Shown here: piece after piece, positions 51,398 to 63,649 of the stretch | How positions within the stretch are numbered: position 1 is the first letter of the stretch | Layout: each line of letters begins with the position of its first letter | Source: Pocillopora damicornis | Taxonomy: Eukaryota | Reading direction: 5' to 3' | Length of the DNA: 64,000 nucleotides | Assembly: GCF_003704095.1 (NCBI RefSeq) | Contig: NW_020844266.1 | Location: 62,001-126,000 of the forward strand | Notes under the pieces: model-generated | What the model was told of the DNA's origin: nothing | What the model saw: only the letters and a program-made list of their open reading frames with translations | Databases searched by the model: none | Made by a program: the position numbers and the translations under genes

Positions 51398-54224
51398 ATT
51401 CACATGGGAGTTTCCTAATAGTTTGAAAAAGTCGAAGAACATAAACAGTAATAATATTACAAACATAAAAGGGCTAGCCCACTTATGTTTGTAAACAAGT
51501 TAATAATCTTGCCAAGCTTATCCGTTGAAAAAGAACTCCATAGCTCCGATTCCACAGTACAAGAATGTGAAGAAATTTTGTCGCAGTGGTATTACACCGC
51601 TTGCGAACGTCCGCTAACTCAGTCGAAGACTGAAATAACGACATGGCTAGATAATTATGTAACGGTTGCAACGTAAAACCTTTTTTAAAGCAACGACCTT
51701 AGAAATTTTTAATTTTAAATCACCAGGAAAATCTCTTCTGAACCTTTATCACAACCCCATATGAAGATTTGTACCCTGAGTTTCCAACCTAATAATACTT
51801 CATAAACTATATTTCTGTAAATTGTGCGCTTACCTGGTGCTTGTCCACGATATCTTCAAAAACCGTTACACGGTGAGGTCTTAAACTGCATCAGGGCGGA
51901 GAGAGGTTGGGTGATGAAGCGAGCGAGTCCGAGCAAAAAGGTGTGATGCAGTCGACTGGGACCGACTTTGCAAAGCAAACTTTGGCTTTTTCTGAAAATG
52001 GCGGCAAGTTCGGCAATTTTGGATGAGCTGGAAGAATTATTTGGCCAGGATCTAACGGATAACTATTTCATTTCTACCATTGTCAATATAGTCGTTGGAG
52101 TTTGTTATTGATAGGCTAGTTAGAACAGTAAATGGTCTGAATGATTGGAAAGATTTAAAAAGCTTCCAAGCAAACTTTGAAACATTTGTTTCATAAGTGC
52201 CTGTCACAATTTGACCCGTCTCTTAACGAGCGCGAAAAAAAGCCTCATTTACTCTTTTGAATGAATAACAGTAAAACTCGAGTTAAATGACTATACCGAC
52301 GGTTTTTTTAAAAATTCAGTAATCTTAAGGAAAGTATTATTCACTTCCATGGACGATTAATTTACCAGGAAAGCCAGTGTAAGTTAATTCAAAATTTTTG
52401 TTATGAAGCTGCGACAGTCTGTCGTTTGTTAGCTGCAATGACGTTTGTAAAACTTGTCTTTCTTCCACCAAAAAGCTGAAGTAAAATGAGGCTTTTTATC
52501 AAGACACAAGGGATTTAATGCGGCGTCTATTCATTGATTTCCTCTGGTTTCTTTGACGGAATACCAGACTGGCGGAGTACGGTAAAAATGTCCAACTTAA
52601 ATGGACGCAAAGACTTACCGAAATTGTATTTGTAGTAGAACTCACAACTAAGCTCGACGTTTCTTAAAGAACAAATTGTTTAGGATAATTCAGACAATGA
52701 ATAAATCAACGTTTCATCGATTGATTTAATTGCAAACAAATACCTCATGTTTTGACTTTCTTAGTTACTTTTTTTTTTAATATTATTGAGGATAAATCAC
52801 AAACGGCTTTTAGACCGAGTGTCAAGTTGACAACCCATTTTTTAAATAACACATTTGCCACCCCAGAATTCAATTCCAAACGAATGTTTTGCGGGAAAAC
52901 AAAGCAGTTATTTTTACCTGATCATCACGATCTAACTATTTCCTTCAAATTTTTTCGTTTCTCCCACGTGTTGTTTTCTAGGAGCCAAAATTCTGTTATA
53001 GGTCAATAGAATATACTTGAAGTATAAATATCAGCGGTGGCTACACATTGACGTCAACCCTCTATTAAAGCTATCCCTTTCTCCTATTACCCCAAACAAG
53101 ACTTAAGTTTTGACATTAATTTGGGCAAAGAAGCGTATCACTGTAAAATATGCTTTTATTTGAAAGCCTCTATCATTTTTCGCATTTAATATTCAAGATT
53201 TTCTATTTCAAATGAAGTAGATGATGCCTATGACACTTAATGTTCATCGAAGCTGGTTGAAAGTCTTGAAAAAGCAATGACTTGAATTTTTAGCCTTAAG
53301 GAATTGAATAAATTGATCCATAACTAAGGTACAGGATCATCATGTAACACGTTTACTGGTTACAAAAGGACAAATTCTGGGAAATTTCAATCATTATATA
53401 GGGTAATAAACTCTACAAAAATTTACAGAAGAAAATGAAAAATGATTGATCTTTCCAAAAATGTTTCATATCGTATGAACTCAAAACCTGTACATTAGAA
53501 AATTTAGTTCATAGTGGCTAACAAGAATAAAACCGATGTAAAATCGACATGGGAGTATTCTTTGACTTACATGCACACATCTACTGCTAATTCTGAGGCA
53601 AGAATATTGTGAAATTTAGAGGCCCTTGAAGGAACCTCAAATATGAGCTTGCTAAATTACGTTCCCAATTTTCTCAATCAGGTACTACTTTTCGTTCAAC
53701 TAAACTTAACTAAAATTATTTCTATTGTTATTGGTGATATTTGGAAATTCCCATTAAAAAGGTGATTTGCACTTCTTTTTTTCTTCCAACTATGCTGTCT
53801 GCGACCTAGCTACTATTATTATTTTGAATTTTTTCTATGTACTTTATTAACAACTTACTATTCTCTCTTCCAACGATTTGTCAGTTAGCTGCAGGTTTGA
53901 GCGGTATGCCCTAATGTTCAATTCCTTCCTCTTAGAACACTACCAGTGTTTGATTTAACTGCTTCTAAAATCTTGGCCTCGCTTAAGGTGATACAGATTA
54001 CACACTATTTTACGGTTCTCTTTGTATTAACCAGTTCAGTAGAAAAGTTGTTTTATATCCTTGAAAGTTTTTTGCTTAGCGGTGACCTAGACCATCAGGC
54101 CCAGGCTGTTCTCTCTCATATGTAGAAAGATTCGCCATCAAATTAGTTATCCTTTTATGACCACTCATAGCAACAAAGGTTGCTGGCAACTTCATCCTTC
54201 TGCCGTTTGTGAAATTGTAGCCCC

Positions 54225-54316
54225 TCGTCAGAAGGGCTAACGTTCGAAACGCCCTGTTAAACTCTTCCACCGACGCAGTACCACGGGTTTTTTTAGAAAC
54301 TTAGCCCCTTAATTCA
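54225..54316. repeat. Collapsed copy of the hammerhead-associated repeat immediately 3' of the ZNFX1 stop
   Basis: tcgtcag-aagggctaacgttcgaaacg followed by ccaccgacgcagtaccac...tagaaact. Confidence 0.75.
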
Positions 54317-54321
54317 ATATT

Positions 54322-57300
54322 TTATACGGTTTGGTCACTTTCACTAGCTATGCACTGGGTGCATCCTTCGCTTCCAATGAGGATATCTTTGCCCTCTCGC
54401 ACAAGAAGTCCTGTGTAGTACACATGGCCCTTTTTGCATAGTTTCCAGACTCCCCTTTGATATCCTGGGAAATTGACGAAGTCTTTGGCTTCCTCGGCTG
54501 GCAGGTCTGGAAGGTTCACCTCTGATCTCAACAAGCTAACGATTTTCTTCAACCATTCAAGATCTAGGGCGTCGTCCTTACCCTGGAGAAACAATTCAAA
54601 ACGATCGCGTACTTTTTTCAGCCGATGAGTACCACCGTTCGACCAAGGAATTTGATGCAGAGTGGCCTTACTTTGGACCTCTAAAACACGAGAGAACAGA
54701 GAAAACTTTCTTGTTTGGTCATGCAATCGACTCAGGATTTTCAAATGCAGTTGTGGTTGCTCAAGACACGCTTTGATTTTTCCTAAAGCATCTGTGATAA
54801 TGGTTAATTGTTGATCCAACTCAGGCTGTTGTTTGATGCAGGCATCAGCTTGTTGCATTTCAGCTATTACCCTTTCTGTCGCTTGGGCCTGGTAAAGAAT
54901 CGTCAAGTGATTTTTAAGAGTAAAAATCAAAAGCATATCGTGCATGCTGCATGGATATGGATGAGAAAGGCGAAAAACTGTTTGCGGAAACTTCAACTTC
55001 CTCACATCATAGTTTAAGCGACGTAAATCCCTTTTTGTGTGCTGAATAGAGTAGACAACATCATATGCAAGCTTTTGTATTTTTGCTTTGACATTCTCGA
55101 CGTTTTTGAGAGTCCTTTTGATAATATGGCCATAACGGTAGCTGAATGTAATTACTGTGGAACATTTAGGACATCGCATCAGCTGAACATTGTTTCCCAG
55201 TTGTTGTACCATCCACTCGTCCATGTCCTTGACTTTTATGATGTGACCACAGTCGAAGAGTTGCAGGTATCTTGGAGCTTCTGTATTGTTAGCACGTCCA
55301 TCAGTTGATTTTATTGAAAGACTTTTCGCATTGCAAATGGCACAGAGCGTAGGGCAGTCTTCTCCACACAAACCAATACATTGATGGCCACACCGAAGCG
55401 TCTTGGGGCAGGGAGCATTGCATGAAAAGCGTTCGCATTCTTCTCCGCACAGATTATTGCAACGGCCATGGGGACAACTCAATGTGCAAGGCTGCCTACA
55501 AGGTTCGCATGGTGTTGAACAAGGCTGTGTACATTTGTCGTGAGGGCACATCCGACTGCATGTGCCGACACAAGGAGGACAGGGTAAATAGCAAGGGGCT
55601 TTGCAACGGTGTAAACAAACCAAAACTCGACTGCATTGGTTTGTGCAAATTTCGTGTGAACGCTTTCTTTGGCAATTGCCACATACTCCAGAACACTGAT
55701 GACCACATTGCATTATTTTTCCACATACCATCGGGCACAGCACTTTTTCTGGGTTGTCGCAACAGTGCATTTTGATCTTGTGGCCACATCGCAGGCGTTT
55801 GGTCACGACTTCTTGGCAGGGATACCAATCACATGGTTTCCCGCACAAGCCCTTGCAAAGATGCTGACAGGAACTCTTTCGACGCGGACAAGGTGCTCTA
55901 CAAATAGCAGTTTTTCTCTCGAAACAGGACACCCTTGTTGAGTGCCTACATGGAAATGTGTGTTTCATTTCCCTCATACACTTTACACTTTCGCATGGTT
56001 TCCCACAAGCACCTTCACAGGGGTGACCACAATCTAGTTTTTTCGTGCATTTATTCAAGCATACAACACTTCTCGGGTCTCTGTGACAAGGCATTCGACG
56101 GGTATGTTTTTGAGGACAATCTAGCTCTTTCAAAACCATCTCTTCGCATTTGTATTTACCGCAAATTTCAAAACATTTTCCATTGCAGTAATGACCGCAA
56201 GGCAACTTTCTTTCACATTTCTGGGTACAATCAACTTCAGAAACATCCTCCGAGCAAAGACATTTGAGTTGATGGTATCCACATGCCAAGCTCTTTTGAA
56301 CTCTTTCTGTACACGCAAACTTACTGCAGTCGTCACTGCATCTTTCACGGCAAGGATGCTCACAAGAAAGAACCCGTCTACATGGCAAGTTGCAGGAAAC
56401 CTCTTCTGCTCTCGTGAAACAGGGCATCTCTTTTTTATGGCCACAAGGTAGTGCTTTTGTTACCACTTCTTCACATTTTACATTCTCAAGCCCATCTGTG
56501 AGTTTTGAACACTCGACGTGCTGTTTGTGTTTACAAGAAAGTGTTACGTCGACCCTCTCCTGGCAGCTGTATTCCTGGCTAGATGTATAACAGGGAATAT
56601 TTACCTCGTGTTCACATGGCAATGTTCGTTTAGTCAAAACTGTGCACTTAAACTCCTGTTCAACAACGGTGGCAAACGAGCATGTGGCAACAATGACATG
56701 GCCACATTTTAGTTTGACTTCGACTTTTTCTTTGCACTTGTACATGTCAGGATTTGAATGACAGGAAAGAACAATTTTGTGACGGCAAGGCAAATTTCTT
56801 TCAACTTTTTCATGGCACAGCACATTTTGAATACCAGCGTAGAGAGCATAACATTTCATCGACTTTCTGTGTTCACATGGCAGATCGACTAGAACATTCT
56901 CCTTGCATTTATATGTTTCAGGATTTTTGTGACAGGCCAATGTAATTGAATGTCGACAGGGTAACTTTCTCTGGACAAGCTTCATGCACGGTCGCATTTC
57001 ACAATTTTTACCACAGAAGTCTCGGCAAGGGTGCCCACACAGCCGAAGCCTTTCGCATGGCTTTTTACAGACCAAAGCAGCTGGATCGCAGAAACAGGGC
57101 ATTTCGATGAAGTGCCCACACGAGGGAATGGTCATATCTATTTTAACCTTGCAATCTTTACACGGTGAACCGAAGTGACATTGCTGTTGACATGGGTGAC
57201 CACGTGAACACTTCGTTTTGCATGCTTCTTGACATTTGGCGTCGTGAGGGTTCATAGAGCATGGGATACTTTTTTTGTGCCCACAGGTAAGGAGCTTGTC

Positions 57301-60300
57301 AACCAGAGTTTTGCACTGATATTGGCTGCAATCTTCACAACAAGGACCAGGACACTTATGACCACATGGCAATTCTCTACAGCAATCCTCGACGCAACGA
57401 GGTGGGTTATGCTGTTTGGAACATAAAATGCGCACAGAATGTTTGCATGGCAGTTCAAGGTCAATTTTAGTGTTGCAAAAGCATATTTCGCAGCATATCT
57501 TTGAACAAGGATGACCACATCCCAGGATTTTGCTGCAGCGTTTGTTGCATTTTTTGTAAAGCATGGGGTCTTGGTAACATGGCAAATTTTTTTCATGTTC
57601 GCATGGCAGGGACTTCAGGCATAGAACTTTACAATACCTTGTACAGAGGTTCCCACATACCTCCGCACAGTCGTGTCCACAATCGAGTTTTCTCTCGCAT
57701 TTCATCTGGCAAACAAACTCCTCTGGATTAACGTGACACTGAAGTCTTTGTTCGTGACCGCATTTGGGGATTATTTTTAGCATGGGGTGTGGACATAAAC
57801 AGGCATTTGGACCATGACACCTCCTCTTGCATTGATGCTCATTGAAGCAGGTTTTCAAACACATCTTTGGGCATCGACCAAATTCGTGATACTCGTCTGT
57901 AGGGTGACACTTTCTGTCACATGCATGGCCACAATCAAGGCGGTCTCCGCAGACCCTACCACAGCCTCCAAGTGGGAACTTTTGGAAATCACGTCCATTT
58001 CTTACCTCGTCGCAATGGTCATGCCGCTTGCAAACCAGTTGTAAGGTTTGGCCTATTGCATTCTTTGTTTCTAGATCATCACATATTTCTTTCCAGAGTG
58101 GGCTTTTGCATTTAAGAAGGCTAAAATTTCCGATGCAATAAAAACCTTGACGAGCTCTTGATAGTGCCACACATATTCTGTTCGATTCTTTTAGGAACCC
58201 AATTGTGGAGTTGCTTCTCACCAACGAAAGCAAGATAATGTCATTTTCTTCTCCCTGGAAATTGTCGACGACACACACCTTAACCCCTTCAAACTCTTTT
58301 CTGGGCAATTTGTTCTTTAACTCTAAAAGTTGGCCTGCATACATGGTGAGGATAGTGATTTGAGCTGGTTTATATCCTTGCAATAACAGATAACGGCAGA
58401 GCGCTATTAGGAATTCCGCCTCATGAGGGTTGGAGAAAGTCTGGAGGCCGCGAACTGAAGACTCAGGCTGACTATGATCGAGGAAGAAAAGGTTATGACG
58501 TAGTCCAGAAATGTCGTCAAAATTACAAACAGATTCATGGTCAATGATCTCATGCTCATAAATTCGTTTAGTTAAGGCAGCAATCTCGGGACGCATGCGG
58601 TGTTGGATGGCAAGGCGTTTACATTCCATGTTGTTGAGCACCATTCGTTCGAACAAGGAGATTTCGAGGTTGTATTCTTGGGCTAGTTGATGGACTGTTG
58701 GTTTCGGGCGCAGCTGTTTGTGGTCCCCAATGAGAATCGTATGTTTTGTGTCGCGAGCAAGAGAAGTGATGATATGAGCCTCCATTACCTCAGCAGCTTC
58801 CTCGATTATAATAATTTTGGGAGCTATTCTCTGAAGCATCGAGTGGTACCTCGCTGCACCGCTGGTCGTCATCCCAACGACTGTTGCTCTACATATTACC
58901 TCCTCCTCCTCTTGACAGATAATGATTTTCCATTTAGCACAAAGCTCTTCATGTTTCTGTTCGCCTCTTTGGATCTCAAGTCTCAAGTGTTCACGACAGC
59001 ACTTAACCCAATAAAGGTACAATCGGAATCGCTCTTTTTCAGGTAAATCCCAGATGTTTGTCACCATTTTTGCTTCGTCATCAGTCATCCCTGAAACCTT
59101 CCCCAACTGAGAATGTACTTTGCTGACTTTTTCTGCCAGAAACATTTCGTCTTGCGACTGGAGTGTTTGGCTTTCAGCTTCAAACTGGCTTCGGCCGCTT
59201 TCGCTACCCATCACTTGACCTCCTTCGCTACTATCTAGGCTGTTTATATGCCACACGAATGGAGTGTCCTCGTAAGTACCGTTCGGAACGCCCCCTTCAT
59301 GTTCTTCTTGACCTCTTACGTGTGCTGATTCTGGTATAAGTAGTAGCTCATATTCTTCATCGCCCTCGATAAATCGTTCATTTTGTAGCCTTGAAGCTTC
59401 TTCTTCTATGGTAATGAATGGATCATCGTCTCTGGGATCTTTTTCAAGGACGAGATTTGACGGATAACCTGGCTCCTCGAGGTGTTCTGTCATTTCAGCG
59501 GTAGTTACTTCTCTTGCCTCAAGAGAAACTGACGAAAAAAAATCATTATACAACGTTATGCTATTTGATAACTCGTGTGCAGGACTCGGTTGTTTCATTT
59601 CCCCAAACGAGCTGGTTAGGTTCAGAGTGGTCGTTTGTGATTTTTCAGCCCGAGGTTGACCTATTTCGAAGAGAGGCATCGTTCGTTCATCGTTTCTTGT
59701 ATCTCTTTTGGCCTCATTCTCGTTGGGGCGTTCGTTGAGGGATTGTTCATCAAATCCTACCACAAATCCGTCGCCAAAGTAGCCATTTGTATTACTATGT
59801 TCTAAGGTCGCGAAAGGAGCGTAATCAACGCTGACAGCTTTTTCAACTGTACCTTCTGGTGGAATGATACACCCTTCTTGGATTTCACCACCTTCAGCTC
59901 TCTCTGACGCGTTTGCACTCTGATTCAGATGATTCAACCTCTCGTTGTTGCATAGCCACAATTTAAAAATGTTTGAAATTGTCTTATATATGGCTGAGGC
60001 TTTCGGTGGTGAGACAGCTTGATACAGTTGGTCTGTATGCTGCATCTGCATGAAGCGTTCCAATTCTTTAAAATCCATCAGATAACCGTCACCCTTGGCA
60101 AGAGCAGCTTTTAAAGCTTTCATTTCTCTGTTGTTTTTATGAATTTTACCTTGTACTTCATGGCGATCACCGCGTCGCCTATACTTCTTCGTGAAAAGCT
60201 TTAGATTACATGCTTGTAGTTCCTCACTTTTAGACCTACCGCCAACTCTAATGATCTCTTTTTTTGGAAGAAACTCCATTACCTTCTCTAGGAATTGATC

Positions 60301-63300
60301 CAGAGCGTGATTTGTGTAGCAAACCATCAACATTGGTGATGTTTTACTCGGGTCCCACTTCCGACGGTTATCAAGCAAGCACTGCACAATTTTAGCTCCA
60401 ACATAAGTTTTTCCCGTCCCTGGTGGCCCTTGGATGACAGAGAACTCAGTTGAAACAGCTGTTCGCAGTGCCTCTAGCTGGGAAGTGTTCAAACGTAGTG
60501 ACTCAACAGGTGGCCAGGCTTCAGGTACCAGAAGAGGTACCTTCTTCGCTTTGGTTGATTTCGGTACATCAAGAGCCTTACTGAGATCATAACACACGGG
60601 ATCTTGGTCACTTTTGCGCCTTAGATACTCTGGTGGATCCACCTCTGCACAGCACTCAACCAAGTACTTCGTGAAAGGCATGTTCGTTTCATTCAATCCT
60701 TGAAGTCCCTTTAGTACGTGGCGATATGCTTCAAAAAAGGCCGGTGACTCAACCATTTGGTATCGATCTCGACTTTCTTCAATCTCAAAAACATTCTGGT
60801 CCTCAAGGAATTGAATGTAAAATTTACCTCTCTGCAGGCGTTCTGGGTCTCGATTCGCAACTGTAGCAAAAAGCAATGTTTCGAAGTTGTTTTTGGAAAG
60901 ACAAAGAAATGATCCAAAGATGAGCCTTTTTGATTGGGTCCAGTTTGTCTTGCCGAACTGGGAAACGTCAAATTGAACATCGTAATGAACTCCGGACATC
61001 GTGAACTCTTTGCGAACAATAACCACTTGCTGATAGCATTTCATCATCTGATTGCGATTTTCTCTTGAAACATGGTGTGTTATTTCGTAGATACCTTCCC
61101 TTAAAGGCTCAAGGAAATCCTCACGTAGCAATCTGAACTGCACATCAAGGTAGTGCTCGACGTCTTCGTAACGTCCTCTTTTTATGTTCTTACGTAAGAA
61201 GGGAACTTCTTGAGTTTTGATTTCTTTAGTCGATGGACATATGGGAATTTTTCTAAAATCATCTGGTGGTTTTTGTTCCGTCGTCCTGGTATAGCGCTTT
61301 CCATGCCTCGCTCGTTCAGCCCTTATAATGTCATCTCTTACTTGCTTGAAGTGATCTAACTTTTTCGTCAACTCATCTCTTCCATCAACGATTGACTGTT
61401 CCAGGGTTTGTTTCAGTTGATCGTAAGGTGGGTCAGCATATGAACTTGGCAAGCGCCTCAAATAACTCGTGAACACTTTGATTAAGCAACCAATGAATTT
61501 TCCTCGAGATTCCGGATCTTTTATTGCCTTCTTCATTTGAACACGATCAAGCAAGTACGGAATTTTCTTACTGAAAAATGCTGATCCTTTAAGTGTAGCT
61601 AAAATCTTATTCGTTTTCTCGTTCGATGGTGCATCGCAGGCAACTGCTAATGTGCAAGTGAGGTCCGATATGAATTCATCACTGTTGTGCTGCTGCTCCT
61701 CTGATCGTAGAAAGAACTTGAAACGATCCAAACTCTCATTCAACTTCTGAACAATCTCAATGCTATCCTTTTCTCTCAATGTTGAGAGTTCAAGGACGAT
61801 TCGTTGTCTGGGAAGTGATTTCTTTTTGCTGTGTTTATTTTGTTCACATGGTAGTGGAGGCTGTGTTTGGTGCTTTTTGATCGGTAGATTAGCTTTTCGT
61901 GTTTGATAATCCCTGTTTTGACCTGTATTGTAGGAATCAATATATTCTTACATGAATTTTTTACAATAACAAATTTGATTCTTATTTTACAAAATGTTCG
62001 CTGGTCTACGTACCAAAACGTCTTCCTTTGCCACTCGACGAAGGCAGTTCTTTACTTTCATTGGATTCCCGTGATGTTTCTCTTCCGCTCCCGTGAGGAT
62101 CTTGTTTCTTTTCGTCAAAATTGCCACCTTCAATATTCATACCAAACAATTAAGCCCATACTCGACACACTTCCGACTAAGCCGTTTTAAAATTTATACA
62201 CAGCCGATGCATTTGTTAGCAGGTTATCCAAACGCTTGTAAATAGAAACAAACAGAGGAAATTGAATGCACGGCTATGTTTCATATTATTGCAGGTTATG
62301 GGAAGGAAGATCGGAACAGATTAATAGTTCAATAAACTGAGTTCCTAAATAGTAACTTGTTCCAAACAGTTTTTACCAGTTTAGGAGGCGTTAGTATTTT
62401 CCATTTTGAGAAATACTGAAATACTGAAGTCGTAGCACTGTGTTAAAGCAATGTTTTAGTGCCTAAGTAAACAGCCACGATACTTTCCGGTGATGTTATT
62501 TTTTTCAATAAAGCAATAGTTGTTGAGTTTGTTACTGGTACGATTTCCGACCAAAATGTTTATCAGGCAATCACTCAACATACCTGCTGAGATGTTACCA
62601 GATTTTGGTGCGGAATCTGGAGATTTTTTTTCTACCTTGGTATCCTTTCCGGTTCCTCTTATGTCAGTTGGTAACGATGCTCCTCCATCTGAAAAACAGC
62701 AAGTTATTTTCTCATTTCTTTTTCTTTTTAATCTTAACGCTGAAAGCATTACTACTGTAGAATTGTGTGGTGTCTTCAATTTGTATCTACAAATGTTTAA
62801 AAATTAGTTTATATGAACTCTGAGCTCTACCAACCTGAAATGGGTTTTCTTTTCTCATTTGAATGCCCTTGTGTCTTGCCCTTTGTAAATGTCTGTGGCT
62901 TCCTTCTTCTGTGGTCCTTACGCTCTTTATTCTGTTTTGTGGAACTGTCATCTTAACATGAAAGAGTGGTCATGCAAGGAAGAGTTAAACACTTCTGTAG
63001 TAACATGCATGTAACATTACCTCTTTTCCTTACTACCCTTTCCTTCCTCGCTCCTTATCGTTGGACATCTCCCTCCCTTTTAACGTCTTTCCTTTCGCTC
63101 TCTTGATCATTGTGCCTTCACCTCCCTCTCTTTTCCTGCGGTATCTCATATTCAAAGTAACTAGGCTACCTCGAAACCTCCCCGATCATTTTCCTTCAGT
63201 TGACTTGTCTATCCCTTCTTTAACTTTCCACGTCTCTCATTTCCCTACCTTGGATACTGGGTCTATTTTGCGTCTCATCAGCAGCTGTCCCGCAAGCGCC

Positions 63301-63649
63301 CTGTGCTGGTGACATTTCAGTTTCCCTATTTCCTTGCCTTTTTCCCTGACTTTTTTCCTGCTTTGGATTTGACGTTTGCATGGAATCTTTATTGGCTTAA
63401 AACAGAGATTGAGAGACTAATTGAGTGCAAAACGGTTCCTTAAAAAAATTATTTATTTTCGCCATTTTATGTTAGGCTTCTTTGGATTAACTCGGATGGT
63501 CTAATATTAATTTTTAGTTCTGTGGTCATTGCCACAGCAGTTATCTCGTCAACGTTTTAATTTGAAATAACTGTTTTGTTACCTTTTGAGATTCCCCCAG
63601 GTTCTTTCAGGTTCTTGGGTTTTACTCCTCGTCGTTTCTGTGAAGGCAT
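54322..63649 (-). CDS. ZNFX1: NFX1-type zinc finger-containing protein 1-like SF1 (UPF1-like) RNA helicase, ~2716 aa
   Basis: Exons (minus strand): 63649-63583 (ATG), 63395-63249, 62951-62835, 62688-62584, 62127-62014, 61922-54322; all introns GT-AG and phase 1. Motifs YLDVQFRLLREDF, QGPPGTGKT, CYTNHALDQFLE, IEEAAEV, IGDHKQLRP, QHRMRPEI, VDNFQGEE, RICVALSRA; ~30 C-x-H finger units; RING-like LFDCGH...RCPKC; degenerate RZ finger. The large exon is secure; the small 5' exons are less certain. Confidence 0.93.

Noticed and set aside
54808-61019. Many antisense and alternate-frame ORFs over ZNFX1
   Set aside because: Shadow ORFs of a long coding exon with no independent support.
61777-61779. ORF-track start of ZNFX1
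   Set aside because: It is a TTG, and the frame stays open to a splice acceptor at 61922, so the true start lies in upstream exons.
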